From the NCBI GenBank assembly GCA_951406725.2, contig OX597825.1:14900001-14962000 (forward strand): 62,000 nt of DNA, in the 5' to 3' direction. Positions 1 through 13,741 of this stretch are shown in pieces. Both the position numbers and the translations under genes were made by a program. The notes beneath the pieces were generated by a model. It was given only the letters and a program-made list of their open reading frames with translations, made no database searches and had not been told where the DNA came from. Source of the DNA: Octopus vulgaris. Taxonomy: Eukaryota. The first letter of the stretch is position 1. Every line of letters begins with the position of its first letter.

Positions 1-189
1 TTCTTTGCACTTAAACTTTTCAGAGTTTGCGATAGTAGAAGCCGCGTGTGTTACTAGAGATTTTCAGAGGTCTTTTATACTCGACTGAAGATATCGGATG
101 TCGTACGTTTAGAAGAAGCGTTGTTTCAAATATAAAATATATGATGAGAATGACAAAGATGCGTCTAGGTAGCCGAGTGGAGGTGGTAC

Positions 190-270
190 CAAACCAACCA
201 GGTCTGGGAAGCAGTCACTATTTCAGATGTAATAGAACAGGTCATATAAGAAACATCATGTTTGTCGGAT
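190..270 (+). mobile_element. possible decayed CCHC zinc knuckle (gag/ORF1 remnant)
   Basis: ORF 48-272 contains YFRCNRTGHIRNIM, resembling CxxCxxxGHxxxxC with the first and last Cys lost. No other retroelement motif was confirmed nearby. Confidence 0.3.
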
Positions 271-1327
271 AGACACTGGCGTGTGTTAGCATGTGATTTC
301 ATACTGGACAATCCGGTGCCCTTCTTTGGAAATTTTCTGGTTTACTTGTGTATGTTTTCGTTATGGCATCCTCGATTCCTGAATATTAATCTGTTCCAAG
401 ACTTAATCTATACATCTATACGTGGTTATTATTTCAAGGCAGGGGCTGATTTCACTGGACTGAAGAGAAAGACCAGATTTTGAGATGAAATCTATGGTTA
501 GAAAGAAATATATTTTGGAAAAAATTATTGCTTTTAAAATCATTTTAATGTGAAATAAGAACCAAAATATTAAAAAGTATTCAAAAACAATAATTAATGT
601 GTATCTAATGCATTGTTTTAAAATCAATACAAATAGTGGATAATTACAATAATGAGTGTTTCGGAAAGTGGTTCTGTATTGTATGGACTTTACGTACAAC
701 AATAGCAAATAACTATTATTGTAAGTATGTACATTAGTGTTACGCTTCAAATAAATTCTATACTTAAATAAATAAACATTCGCTGCTCAACTTTAGATTA
801 TTGAATCTAAAGTAGCTTGGCATAAAATATTTACTATATTATCCGGTAAAACTATAACACACCGCTTGTAATATGCCCAATATCAATAAATATCAATTTA
901 TTCTACTACATTAACTTAACATCTTCATTACCTCCAATAAACACTTTAGTCACGAACAACATTAAACATTTTCATCACTTCAATAATTTTATATTTAATA
1001 TCAAAATGTCTCATTGTTTTCTTCTTTCCTGTGTACTCTGAAATATCTAACAACAATATTGTGGTCCAAATATTGTGAAAATTGTTCAAGATACATGCGT
1101 AATGTGATTGAGTGTATTTTAAGTTGAAATACCTTTTCACTTTTTAGTAAAAGACGTTCATACTACGAGGGACCTGAACTTAAAAATGATATCATGATAA
1201 GACTTTAACCGTATTAATGATTTATATCGTTATCTGTTATCAAACAATATAAAATGCGTCTAAATCATCCCACAAAGAATAAACAAAGCTCATAATATTG
1301 TTTTTTAAAGTATTAGAAATATAAATA

Positions 1328-1374
1328 CAGTGGTACCTCGGTTTTCGAATAAATCTGATCACGAATAAATCGTG

Positions 1375-1378
<4 letters not shown>
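1328..1378 (+). mobile_element. pogo/Tigger-like terminal fragment
   Basis: TA followed by CAGTGGTACCTCGGTTTTCGAA resembles pogo-type TIR starts. It is truncated by (TA)n at 1379-1430. Confidence 0.35.
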
Positions 1379-1432
<54 letters not shown>

Positions 1433-2738
1433 AAGTAGATAAATGAATAATCTTATTACGGATTATTCAAATGATAACCGACACCTGGGTAGCAAAAATC
1501 ACAACAGAAAAAGCACGGTTGAGGTTACGACCCTGGGGCCTAAAATCCGTGCCTTAGTGCGGAAATTTGAAGTTTTATATATTTAGTGTAGGAAGAAATG
1601 GAGCTGAACGAAGATTTAACAAAATTCCTTTTTATTATTTTCTACATATGTTTCAAAGGCTGCAAAGTCCCTAATTCGGATTGAATAAGGAGTCCATTTT
1701 GCAGCCTTCTCTTCAGGAAAGTCCAGGAACTTAATTCTCCAACAAAATGCACAGCAAGCTTTTCGACAAACGCTCACGAGGAGCCCATGGAATAAATGGC
1801 ACAAACTGTCTATCAATATGCGTTGACGCCAGGCTGGGTGAAAGCCGACGAGAAAGTCCGTTGAGATAATTCAAGGTCAAAATCCGGTTAACAGAAGGGG
1901 AGTACAGGAAAATCAAAGGGTGTGAATGTATTCTGTATGACTGGTGTTAATATTTGAATTGCTTTAAGAATGAGTGCTAGAGTGTTTGAGTGTGAGAAAT
2001 TGCTTTCATGTATGTGTGTGTGCATCTATGTATGTGTGGCAGTGTGTTTAGAAGGCAGCAAGGGAGAGAGATATAGCTGGTATTAATGGTCAAGCAACAG
2101 AAAAGTCTGTGTCTGTGTGTTCGTCTGTAACCAGTTGATAGAGAGAGGGTGTGTCAACAATGGTCATGGCAGGATACAGTGCTGCTGACAGGGATGTCAG
2201 CAGTTCTAGACAACTAGCAGTTCTTACACTAACAGGGGAGTGATATCCCCTTACAAATTTAATTCAATTTTTCTTCCATTTTCTTAGGAAATCAAGGGGT
2301 TAACTATATTAGACTTCATTGGTATGAGAGAAAAGTATGCCGTTTCCAGTGTGGGCATCTGAAAGAATTTTGCACAATCGAGTTAACAAGGTGCTCTCGG
2401 GCGAACAGAATATGAAAGAGTTCCGAGTTGCAAAGCGCACAGGTTTTTTTGCCCTTATCAAACGGTAAAGACACCGATAAAATTGAACATTCCAGTCTAA
2501 AAGTTGAATTCGCGTTCTTCAAACGCCAGAGTAATTTACTTAGGTAGGTTAGATCTTATGTGCAGTTTCGCCAAGCAATTGCCAGAAATTTCCCCCAGGT
2601 TTCGTAGACTGCGAGAAAATCGCTATGAAAAGCCATAAAATCACTGTATGAATCATAGACTAGCACCAAACACACAGAAAATATATCGAAAGTCTTTTTT
2701 CGCTAGTTGGCTAATGGGTCATAGAACATATGCACCAA

Positions 2739-2902
2739 TACGTGGGGGTGCTGAAACATTTTCAGCTTTAAGAGGATAGCTTCCGAGTTTGAAAGGCTTA
2801 GGACCATTGCACTAAATATGTGAATCTAAGAGGGCCGGATGTAGTATAAAATCTGATGCTCCTACCGAAAGTCAGGAAATGTTCAGCCCCATCCCCTACA
2901 TA
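2739..2902. mobile_element. mariner-type MITE
   Basis: The left end tacgtgggggtgctgaaacattttcagcttt and the reverse complement of the right end, tatgtaggggatggggctgaacatttcctgacttt, form imperfect TIRs with TA ends. Confidence 0.45.
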
Positions 2903-2913
2903 CATATATATAT

Positions 2914-3200
2914 GAAAACGCATGGCTCAGCGGTTGGAGCGCCGAGCTTACGATCGTGAGGTTGGGAGTTCGAATCCCGGACAGGGCTGCGTGTTGTGTT
3001 CTTGAGCAAGACACTTTATTTCACGTTGCTCCAGTTCACTCAGTTGTGACGTCACAGGTTCCAAGCTGTATCTGCTGTTGCCTTGCCCTTGGATAACACT
3101 GGTGGCGTGGACAGGGGAGGCCGGTACGAAAGGGTGACTGGTGGTCTTCCATAAACAACCTTGCTTGGACTTGTGCCTGGGAGGGTAACTTTCTAGGTTG
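2914..3200 (+). mobile_element. tRNA-derived SINE, family C (CORE-like central domain)
   Basis: tRNA-like head (ggctcagcggttgg ... gttcgaatcc) followed by gtgttgtgttcttgagcaagacactttatttcacgttgctccag. The same core is present at 51500-51738. Confidence 0.85.
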
Positions 3201-3259
3201 GGTCTCAATATATATATATATGCGCGTTTTTGTGTAAGTTCGACCCTGTGTAATCATGG

Positions 3260-3850
3260 ATTTTAAAAAAGAACTTTTAAGAACCTGAAGGAAATTATGT
3301 TCGCATTGATATCTTTAAAGAATCGGTAAAAGAAACGAAACATTTTATTTGTGTGTCTCAATCTACGTATATATACAATAGCGTTAGTGGAGTAGAATAG
3401 TTTCTGTAAAACGTTAATGTTTCCATTTTCGTATGTTGCCTCTTTTAAATTCGTTGCATTGTTAGTGAAATCATAAATTCATATTGGAAATCTTGCCAAC
3501 TCCATTTGAACATCACTGAACAGCGACATAGAAAATGCAAAACTTTGGTAAATTGGAAAAACTCCAACTTTAAACTGATAACAACTTAATTTCCATTAGC
3601 CAATAAGAACTGCAAAAACGTCTGGTAATGCAGTAGCAAGCAAAACCAATGTGAATATTTTGACATAGTCTTGTCAAAAAACATCTTCAAAAATATATCA
3701 GACTTTGTAAACAGAGAAAATATATTGCATTTAGATAAAAACAACATAGGAAATAAGGAAAATATTCGAATGGTGAGCATTAACGGTGTGAAATGCGAAA
3801 TTCGCAAAAATATATAGAATACGTCGAAAAATTGCAAAAGCGAAGATTTT
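3260..3850 (-). mobile_element. possible hAT transposase C-terminal remnant
   Basis: Minus-strand SDVQMELARF resembles the hAT (SPIN/Buster-type) LQMELIDL segment. The rest is very decayed. Confidence 0.25.
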
Positions 3851-3997
3851 CTGCTAACTATGCCCGTAATGAATTCGATCTCTACATGATTTTAAGAAAT
3901 ATTCGATTTTTTGTGTGTATCAAGTGAACTATTCTTTTCAAATAGCTTTAAATGCTTAAGTATAGCTGTAGGCGTTCGATATATAGTCAAACAATTT

Positions 3998-4036
<39 letters not shown>

Positions 4037-4074
4037 TGTTGGATATTATGTTAAATACTAACGGAAAATAGTCA

Positions 4075-4265
4075 GTCACATACACACACACACATGCGAC
4101 CACACACACACACACACACACTCATGCACACACTCTCTCACACACACAAAAACACCGCCTCACATACACATACACACGCTCACACACATATGCACGTATA
4201 TATAAATATATATACGTACAGACAAGTACATACATACATACATACACGCACTTACATGCAGTTCC

Positions 4266-4310
<45 letters not shown>

Positions 4311-4448
4311 ATACATATATATATATATATATACATACATATATATATATATATATACATACATATATATATATATACATACATATATATATATATACAT
4401 ACATATATATATATATACATACATATATATACATATATATATATATAA

Positions 4449-4485
<37 letters not shown>

Positions 4486-4540
4486 AATACATATATATAT
4501 ATATATATATGAATATATAAACATACATACATATATATTA

Positions 4541-4582
<42 letters not shown>

Positions 4583-4645
4583 TGTGTGTGTACATATGTA
4601 CACACACATATGTGCTTACATATAGTCATATATATAACATACACG
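4075..4645. repeat. compound (CA)n/(TA)n/(TACA)n microsatellite
   Basis: Directly visible. It accounts for ORFs 4094-4644. Confidence 0.95.
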
Positions 4646-5034
4646 AATAAGTTAAAATAACATATATAATAGATACAGACTATAAGAGCTCAGACTGGAC
4701 TAGATACAGAAAATCTAACATCGAAGGAAGGGTGACGGAGTTCAAGCAAATAAGAGATAGCTACAGGCAATGTACCGGGCGATGTAATGAAACTATAATA
4801 TAATAAAAGATGGAAGGAAGGCGAGACGGTTGTAAATGGCATAAAATCATTTATGAAATATTTATAAAGAAGAGAGTAAAAATATATATGGAAATTAAGC
4901 AGCAAAACTGGAAAATCTGGAGAATAACTGCGTAGATTTTGTTTTATATTAAGATCTGTATAACTATCTAATCTATGATGTGCTCCAAATTAAAACTGCA
5001 TACATATACACGCATAGACAGAGAGGTTACATAC

Positions 5035-5245
5035 GGCGAGCTGGCAGAAACGTTAGTACGCTGGGCGAAATGCGTAGCCGTATTTCGTCTGCCGTTACGT
5101 TATGAGTTCAAATTCCGCCGAGGTCGACTTTGCCTTTCATCGTTTCGGGGTCGATAAATGAAGTACCAGTTATGCACTGGGATCGATATCTGTCCTTGTT
5201 TGTCCCCTCTGTGTTTAGCCCCTTGTGGGTAATAAATAAATAAAA
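5035..5245 (+). mobile_element. tRNA-derived SINE, family A
   Basis: ggcgagctggcagaaacgttag ... gagttcaaattccgccgaggtcgactttgcctttcatc ... gtttagccccttgtgggt. Many homologous copies occur in the window. Confidence 0.9.
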
Positions 5246-7250
5246 ATGTATACGTCCATACACATATTTGATCAGTTTAAATATCGTTTATTTTTAATGA
5301 AAAACTAACACAATAGCGTATTTAGTTATATAATATATCTCTGATACCCCAAACAAGAATGGCATGAATCAGATAATACTAGCGTATAGATATAGAACTA
5401 GATAAATTCCGTGCTGAACTGCTATGGAATCTTAAGAAGACATTACATAATACATCCAGCCTATATTTTCGAAACAAGCAAATGTTGCATTTTACTTGTA
5501 ACCAAAAATAGCATATGTGTATATTTAAGAATTGAATATCTACAGGAAAATTGCCAGCTTTAAAAAGATGTATGAAACTGTGTCAAATATAACAGAAATC
5601 TGATTGTTTGGTAAGCGGACGTTGATACAAATAAAACTCAACCCATAAGATGCTCCATACAGAATATTATAAACATACGCTCTCTTCCAAATTTCAGGTA
5701 TTTCGCTCTAATAGAAAGGACTATTATAATACACAATATTTTAACATTTTTTATGATACAATTCCTAATAATATTTAATTATGAAAATATATTAATATAT
5801 TTTAAACATCGAATGGCTACGGTGGTCCATCCGAGCGAAAAACAAATAAATAAATGGTGTCCATAGGTAAAAGAAATGATTGAGAAACACCGGTGAAGGT
5901 GAACGTTAGACTGCCACTAATCAATCTTGGATGAAAAGTTGAAGTACATATAACGTTATATACATGACTTATATTCAGTGCAAGACACGGACATCCGTCT
6001 TACGAAATGTCGTTTGCGTTATGGTTGAAGGATAGAAATCCTACAAGACGTTATAGTGAACGTATGCAGTTATAGAGATACTAACATTTTACTGCCTATA
6101 TATTATTAAATATGTCATCTATCTTTTGACAGAATGATTCTAAGTGGAGTAGTATCAAGGATATGTGCATATGTATTTGTGTGTGTGTCTGTGTCTGTGT
6201 CTGTGTGCGCGTGTTTATGTAATACGAATAATAGGATAATTACCGTGCACGGATATGATGTAACTGAAATATCAAATGATTTTATGACAGCAGACATGTT
6301 GTACTCAATTGTAGTGAAATGTCCGGCATTGCGATGGAAATGATAATTCGAACATTTACGCCATTTCATTAGTGAAGAATATATGAAGAACTTATTTAAG
6401 ATAATAAAGAAACGAAAATATTATCTTCCCTTAATTAAGAGTTTATCTTCTACGTAATGACAGTTGCTCAAACTCATTTGGAATCGTAGCCAGAAGATAT
6501 TCAGTGACAAGTAGATTTAGAAAAAAAAAAATCAATTATTACAAATGCTTATTCTTCCAATGGCAAAGTCGCAAACAGGTAATTCAGCAATTTTTTTTTC
6601 TATTGTAAAGTGGTACCACGGTTGTGTTTACGCCACGTATGACTCCATTATTGCTATCACAGGTTTTGATGTCCTTCGAGGCGTTTTACTTCACTGCCTT
6701 CTGACAATAATAAAGAAATAAACGCAAGAAAGCGTACAACATAACTTTTAGATCTCTTGAAGTAATTTATATTCAAAGAAAGTCCATTTCACCGAAATGT
6801 CAACATTGTCTAACGTGTTCATTTATAACAACGTTTGAAGGTTTCTTTATGAAGACACAAAGGGAAAAGTGCATCACATAATTAGACAATAAAATATTCT
6901 ACCCTCTCACAACTCTACAAATCTAATGTTGTTTAAATACATATAAATTGTTCACAGGTCGATAAATTGTTCACATTTTCGTTTCATCTGTATTTCTGTA
7001 TTCTTATTCATATATATATGGATTTTTATGAGAAGAATATTATTACTCTAAACGTATTTTACGCGAAGTATATGCTGAAATTATTCATGCTAAATGTAAT
7101 GATGCATGCATAGTGTTGGATATAATTATATGTGAATTTATAAAATTTTATTTGCACGTATATACATATGTGTAAGCTTGTATACACTGATATACAATTG
7201 TCATAGAAATATGTGTATAACTTTACATGTGATTGCCTGTATGTGCCTTT

Positions 7251-7254
<4 letters not shown>

Positions 7255-7340
<86 letters not shown>

Positions 7341-7345
7341 TAATT
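7255..7345. repeat. (TA)n microsatellite
   Basis: Directly visible. Confidence 0.95.
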
Positions 7346-7639
7346 GGTTAATGAGAGACGGAAGATCGAAGACACGAGAACTTTAATTAATCATTACAAT
7401 TGTTTCAACACGAGGTATGTTTTGTATTTTGGTATTTGAGAATGTAACAATCCAATAGGTATAGACGATTAGTTTTATTATCTAATAATATATATATTTA
7501 TCACGTCTTACACAGCAGCTTTGAGGCCGCCTATTACATGTCACTCATTCGACGTTTACATCTTCGACATTTCTGTCCCTTAGAACCTCTCTTTCTCTTT
7601 ATCGTTGTTTATACGCGCAAATTTCTGTACGCGTGTGTG

Positions 7640-10600
7640 TTTGCATGTGTACCAAAAGTACTATCGCCAAAACACGTCAACCTGGCCAAATCGTCGACAT
7701 CCAAACTGCCGCGCCAAACCTGCTCATTCCGTTTTGGGCAGATGGTATCAAAAGCAATAGTTTTGTGCCAATCACTCTTTATGTCAGTGGTGACTAACGC
7801 GCCATTTCTGAAACAATAATTTGTAATAACTCCTGCGCTCATTTACCACAAGAAATTTGCATCGTGGTTTAGGAGATTGAATATACTCCAATCTTTGTTA
7901 AATAGGCAACAGAGCACTTCTATAGTCATCTGAATATATAATCGCACTTAGACACCAAATAGAAGACCATTTCATGCATGCATCATTTACCAAATTTCTC
8001 TAAGCTCTAATAAAATTATTCTGGCTTACAATTTTTGTTAAAAACTGACATTTTCTCAGATACCATTGATAAATATCTTACAACATTCGTACTTATGATT
8101 TTTCTTTTATTTACTCAAATATAATCTTTTGTCAGTTATTGAGGGCGTTTAGATTATCACTGTAGCGTAACTAGGCTAAAAGATGTATTGCATTTTGTTA
8201 TCGGCGGTCTGTATCTAGCAATATACATGAGCTGATGGACCTCATCATACTATAAACTGATGTTTTGAAGCCTAACGATGTTATAAATGTAGAGTTACCT
8301 TGCAACTCCAGGATCTTTTTCTGTCTTCTGCACTATAGAACCCCGGCGAAAAAAATTAAGGAGCTCGGACAGAGAGCAGAAATGAGAAATATTAATAAAT
8401 ATGTAACTGCAACATCAAACCTGCTCTGAAGACTGAGTTCCTTTATTTCACAATCGTGCACATTTAAATTCCCTTCCATTTTCAAACACATTATTTGACA
8501 TGCGTATTTAAAACTTCCTTATGATACACTACCATACCAAATTCCCCAAACCTTTTAGAGCAGGCCCTATCATACATTAAAGAGTTCCACTTGCGACGAA
8601 TCGACAGTGTATGTTCTATGCAAAAACGTTGTTTAGTCTTTCTTTTCGACTTTTGATTTGATGCTGGAAGCTGAAATATAGAGTTCACGTTTTAGGAGCT
8701 TCATCAGCTTCACAGAATAAATTCTGTTTTCAGAGGTCCTATGCTTGTTGTAGGCAATTTTCTGCATAGCATGGATAAGCTGAATACTTGTTACTGTTTG
8801 GGAATCTGATTCTGATGATATTAAATGGAGGAATTATTTTTCTTGAATGGAAAATTTTAAATTCCTCCGGCACCATTCATACTTCGCACTGATTTGTACC
8901 CGCGATATTTTTGTTTGTTACTTCTCGAGCCACGCCTGGCTCATATGGGCCGGTTTCCCAGTTTCCTTGGTGTATAGGTTCCCTACCTGGACGGGACGCC
9001 AGTCTTTCGCAGATGAGCTGCAAGATGCAGGAGGAAAGCGCGAGAGAAATTTGTAGCGAAAGAGTCAGCAAAAGTTCGCCATTACCTTCTGCCGGAGCCG
9101 CGTGGAGCTTAGGTGATTCGCTCATAAACACACATCGCTAGGTCTGAGATTCGAACTCACGATCCCTCGACCGCCAGTCCGCTGCCCTAACCACTAGGCC
9201 ATGTGCCTCCACACCCGCGATATTGAGCGAAAATCGTTCCTCTTCCCTGTTCCAACGAGATTACGGAATATGTGTGCGTTTGAATAAATGCTATTATAGG
9301 TATTTGATGTCTTTAACTGATAGACAGATTTCAGCAGTGATTGGGTTTTCGCAATTCTAAAGTAACCAAGCATTGTAGGGAATATCGTGTCCATTACGTA
9401 AGGAGATATTTCTAACTCCAACAATATCAGTATTACTTTATTAGTAGGACTTTGGGAAAATAGTGTGGATAGCTTAATATTTGTGAATGGAAATGTCACT
9501 CGTGGGTGTAATTCAAACTATATTTTCCCATTCACATGCGCAGTAAAGTCGTATGCAGTTCTCTCCGATGCTTGTGTTATTTGATTGTGCATTCCGGCAG
9601 AAATAGCTCTATCGATTTCTTTCTATATGCTGTGATCGTTTTCTAATTTAAAGTGAAAACACCAATGAGGTAAACATGTTTCTCGTCTTCAATAATACAA
9701 CGTTCATCATGATTCCTTAAGCGTCGTATTCGAAATCCTGTTGATGTTGATCCCAATTCAACTTGAAAAGTCGTTCACTTATAAGAGGACGATCTGCAAC
9801 CGTTTGATGTTCACTGAATTGACTTGTGAGGTCTTCGCAATTTAGTTTGTAGGTGAGTGTCACAAATAATGCTAGTTTCCCAAAGTTCTACAAAATGACT
9901 TGCAACGTGCCATAGGATCTTGTCAAATGTCACAGTAGATGGTAATTTCATGTAGCACCGTGTAAACATTCACTTGTATCATCATCACCGCCTTTACCAA
10001 AGCATTTTACATATCTAATTTTAAATATTGTCGGTAGTTTCGAATATTGTGCAAACGAGCAGATTGGTATTAGGCGTATTGGTATAGAAAATAACTCTTT
10101 AATCGATGGTGTCGGTTACACGATTTATTACCTGAATCATCTATGTCTATTATCTCAAAAGAATACAATTGGAGAGACGCCATTTTCTCAAATGCGTATT
10201 TCCTTCAGTGCATTGAGATGTCATCCATCTAAGTTGCCAGGAAAGTATGGATATATAACAGGACATATTCTTTGTAAAATTCGCTAAACATTTGAATACA
10301 TGGCTGATAGCTCTCTGCATTGAACTTATCAAATTTGTTGCAAGGTGACGATTTTCATCGCCAATGTCAGGTAAGTCATATCTTCGCGGCTAATATCTTC
10401 TCAGCAAATCATACCTTCTCGGCAAATCACAACATTTCGGCAAGTCACCACTTCTCGGCATGTCATACCTTTTTCTAAAGAATTAACCATCTGGAATGTT
10501 GTCAACGTGCAATCCAATAGAAACATTTACTGGTTTTTGTCAGCATAAATTTCTTTGACAGATTTTCTTTCAAATACCTTTTTGTTAGCGGAAGGCATAA

Positions 10601-11500
10601 CAGATTGAAGCGTACCTGATATACCATCAATATTGTCTATTTCTTTACCTGCAGGGAATTTCTGCAAATTTTGAAGCAGTTCTTTAGAACGGTAACATCA
10701 AATTTGCAGACAGGATATTGCCACTGTAATAGCATTTCTTTCTTTTGCAAAATAATCTATAAGCAACTTCTTGAATTCTGCAAGGTTAAACTGCCTCGAA
10801 CAACTATAGGAACGTTTGATTTTAAGTTCCACACGGTCATAGTAAAGTTGAAGCTCCAAATGTTTCTTCTCAAACATTTTGCTTCTAGTGAATCAATTAT
10901 GAGCATTTGATGTAGCTGAAGAGGTAAACCTGGTACGTCTGAAATATGGATAAACTCAGATATATAGTAAATAATAAAATCGAGATTGCCGAATGGTCTT
11001 CTAGTGCAGTCTCTCATGAATATCAATGCATTAAAACGACGGCATTTCACGTCCATTAAGCTGGAACACTGACGGGTTACATTGACAGCGAATTCCATTA
11101 CCGAGGCTATGTTATATTGCTTTGCAGCATTCATCATCTAATTTTGTCAGTTTTGAAGATTAATCCATTCTATGCTATTAGTTCGGGTGTTTGTTCTTGA
11201 GAGGGGCGTTGACGCGCTTGAGCAAGCTGTTCAGCCAATTGTTCTAGAATGTGTTTAGGCTGCTATCAAGGGACTAATTGTCATGCTGCTGAACAGGTTA
11301 GAGCGGCACGACGTAGAGCAGTTCTATGAGGATCAGCATTCTGAGACAAAATACATTGTTACTGTAGTCGAGAGCAAGGAAAGTACTTAGATTTAGTTGT
11401 GAGTACACGCTTGTTGTGGAAATATGAGTGTTGATTTTGCATCCATAATACAAGGGATTCGTGTTTCGAATGCTGCGAGCAATGGGTCGGACTATCTGCA
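7640..11500 (-). mobile_element. degenerate Helitron Rep/PIF1-helicase element
   Basis: Ordered minus-strand motifs across stops and frameshifts: MDVKCRRFNALIF; EAKCLRRNIWSFN; QDPMA then FGKLALFVTLTYKLNCEDLTSQFSEHQTVADRPLISERLFKL (Rep motif I region, ~9770-9920); RRETCLPHWCFH...IDRAISAG (HUH region, ~9590-9690); DIPYNAWLL..NPITAEICLSVKDIKYL (~9300-9385); TYTVDSSQVELF..GSFKYAC (~8450-8620); weaker helicase-like segments down to ~7650. The 5' boundary beyond ~11160 and the 3' boundary are approximate. Confidence 0.8.
8910..9212 (-). mobile_element. tRNA-derived SINE (family C-related) inserted in the Helitron
   Basis: Minus-strand head gtggaggcacatggcctagtggttagg...gagttcgaatc. Perfect 12-bp TSD acccgcgatatt at 8898-8909 and 9213-9224. 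Confidence 0.9.
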
Positions 11501-11519
11501 CCATGCACATATACACGCC

Positions 11520-11637
11520 CCATACAAAGATATATATATATATATGTGTATATATATACGCGCACACATACACATAACTTCCCTCTCTCTCTCTCTAACA
11601 CACGCACACATGCACATATACACACACGCACACAGAG

Positions 11638-11675
<38 letters not shown>

Positions 11676-11777
11676 CTCTCTCTCTCTCTCTCTCAATATA
11701 TATATGTATATATATATATATATATATTGATGCAGATATCTATTTACATGTTTATGTATAAGTAGATAATTTGATGT

Positions 11778-11851
<74 letters not shown>

Positions 11852-11870
11852 GGATGATACTGATAGAAAT
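11520..11870. repeat. compound (TA)/(CT)/(CA)/(TAGA)n microsatellite
   Basis: Directly visible. Confidence 0.95.
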
Positions 11871-12744
11871 GTGTATGTATGCATTTATCCATATCAAAAT
11901 TATATAGTATTCAAGATCATCGTAATGAACAACAGAAATATTTCAATTTTAATATTTCAATTTGTAAATTTGTAAATTGTACTCTTCTAAAGTTAGCGAA
12001 GGAAGAACATCACTGCATGCACGATCGTCTTTAAAATATGCAGATTTAATATTCACGTGTTAGTTAAATGATGTAAGCACATATTTCGTACGTTTATGCC
12101 ATCAGTATTATTATATAAATAACGTATATAAGTTGGGATATTGTTATAAGAACACACGTGTAATATAGCTATGTCGTAGCCAGTATGTCTTGGAAATGCT
12201 TCTCTTTATTATTCAATATTATATTAGTCTTCTTTCAATATGGATATTTCACAGTTTCATAGTCAACTAACATTACAGATTCAGTGATGAGACATCTATA
12301 CTATCACTTCATCTGGGAAAAAGCAGCTCCCAGAGCTGAACCAAATCATAATCTTTTGTTTTGAAATGCAACATGATATCGTCCAAAAGTCTCATTGTTG
12401 GATTCTCTGATCTTGGTTTGGCGGTAGCTAAACGAACACAACGATCCCGACGAACAGTAAATTATACAAAGGTTTGTGCATTATTTTCAACACGTTAAAT
12501 AGAGAATGGGCATTTTATTATAACATAGCTGCTACTGCATAGCAGCATAGGATTATAAGCAGAGTTAGTAATTTAATTCCACATTCAATACGGATGCCTC
12601 TTTATTTCTACATACGCTATTTAAGTTCAAACAGTTGACTTCTCACGGACGTGCTCAGTTTGCGTAAATCACAAAATGGAGTCAGCTTTGACACTATGCG
12701 ACAAGCTTTGGCATTTTTAGGTTAGGTGGGATCGATTAAGAGGT

Positions 12745-12754
12745 CTCAATAGAC

Positions 12755-12827
<73 letters not shown>

Positions 12828-12830
12828 TGT
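12745..12830. repeat. (GATA)n microsatellite
   Basis: Directly visible. Confidence 0.95.
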
Positions 12831-13741
12831 TTCTTTATTAGCCACACAGGGCTGCACACAGACGGGACAGATTACAAAGTAGAGCTTTTCTTTTTGCGAG
12901 GATAAAAGTGGTGTAGGTTTTCGATCAAAAGGGATCGTAAAAAGGAAAGAGAAAAAAAACAATCAATAGGGATCGATAGATAGATAGGGAGGGAGGGATC
13001 GATTGACAAACGGACTGACGGATGAAAGGATGGATGGAGGGCTGGAGGGCTAGATGGAGATTAGGAGAAGTAGAAATTTCACCTCGACAAGACTTGAAGA
13101 TCTTGTTCAAAGCTTCGGATTGATTACAAGCGCTAAAGAATCTAATGGTGCAGCAAAATTAACAAAACGCCACTTAAATAAACGGCTCTTTAACAGAAAT
13201 ACCAATTTTAGTATTGGGAAATTCTTACTACGACAAATTCAATTTTAGGTTTATTGCTTCAGTTAAAATTATAAGCTGAAAATGAAACAGATAGAGACAG
13301 TCTGTCTGTATGTTGCCTTTACTGGTCTCATCTGACAACTGATGTTATATTGTTTACGTACCAGTAACTTAACAGTTCGGCCAAATTAGTGGCCAGTATA
13401 ACAGATATCAAATTACAATAAATAATGCGATTGGTTTAATTGACTAAATCTCTTAAGGCGTTCTCCGAGAATGTACGCAATACAATAAATCCATTCGAAG
13501 AGAGAAAACTCACACACAAACACCTACGTGCACAAAATCTGTGGATAGACTAAGCTTCAAATTCTCAACAAGACCTATGAAATAAATCCACTCATTATTG
13601 AGAAGAGTGTTTTTCTCCAATAAAAGATGTCTTCGTTTATGTATACTAGAAACACAAATAACGTTGTATATTAGTGTCCGCACACGTGTGTGTGTGTGTG
13701 TGCCAGTGTATGTACGTGTGTGTTAATATTTATATGTGTAT

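Noticed and set aside
4094-4644. Long Y/I/H/T/C/V-rich ORFs here and at 11298-11897, 15673-16052, 17947-18366, 27561-28185, 41038-41678, 42890-43320 and 55090-56119
   Set aside because: They are translations of (TA)n, (CA)n and (TAGA)n microsatellites, which lack stop codons in some frames.
7609-7842. 77-aa minus ORF with protein-like composition
   Set aside because: It lies in the Helitron helicase region, where another frame gives the weak PIF1-like match, and it has no good splice donor. I treat it as an out-of-frame shadow.
12279-12471. Apparent exon bounded by ttacag and AAG/gtttgt
   Set aside because: All three plus-strand frames contain stop codons.
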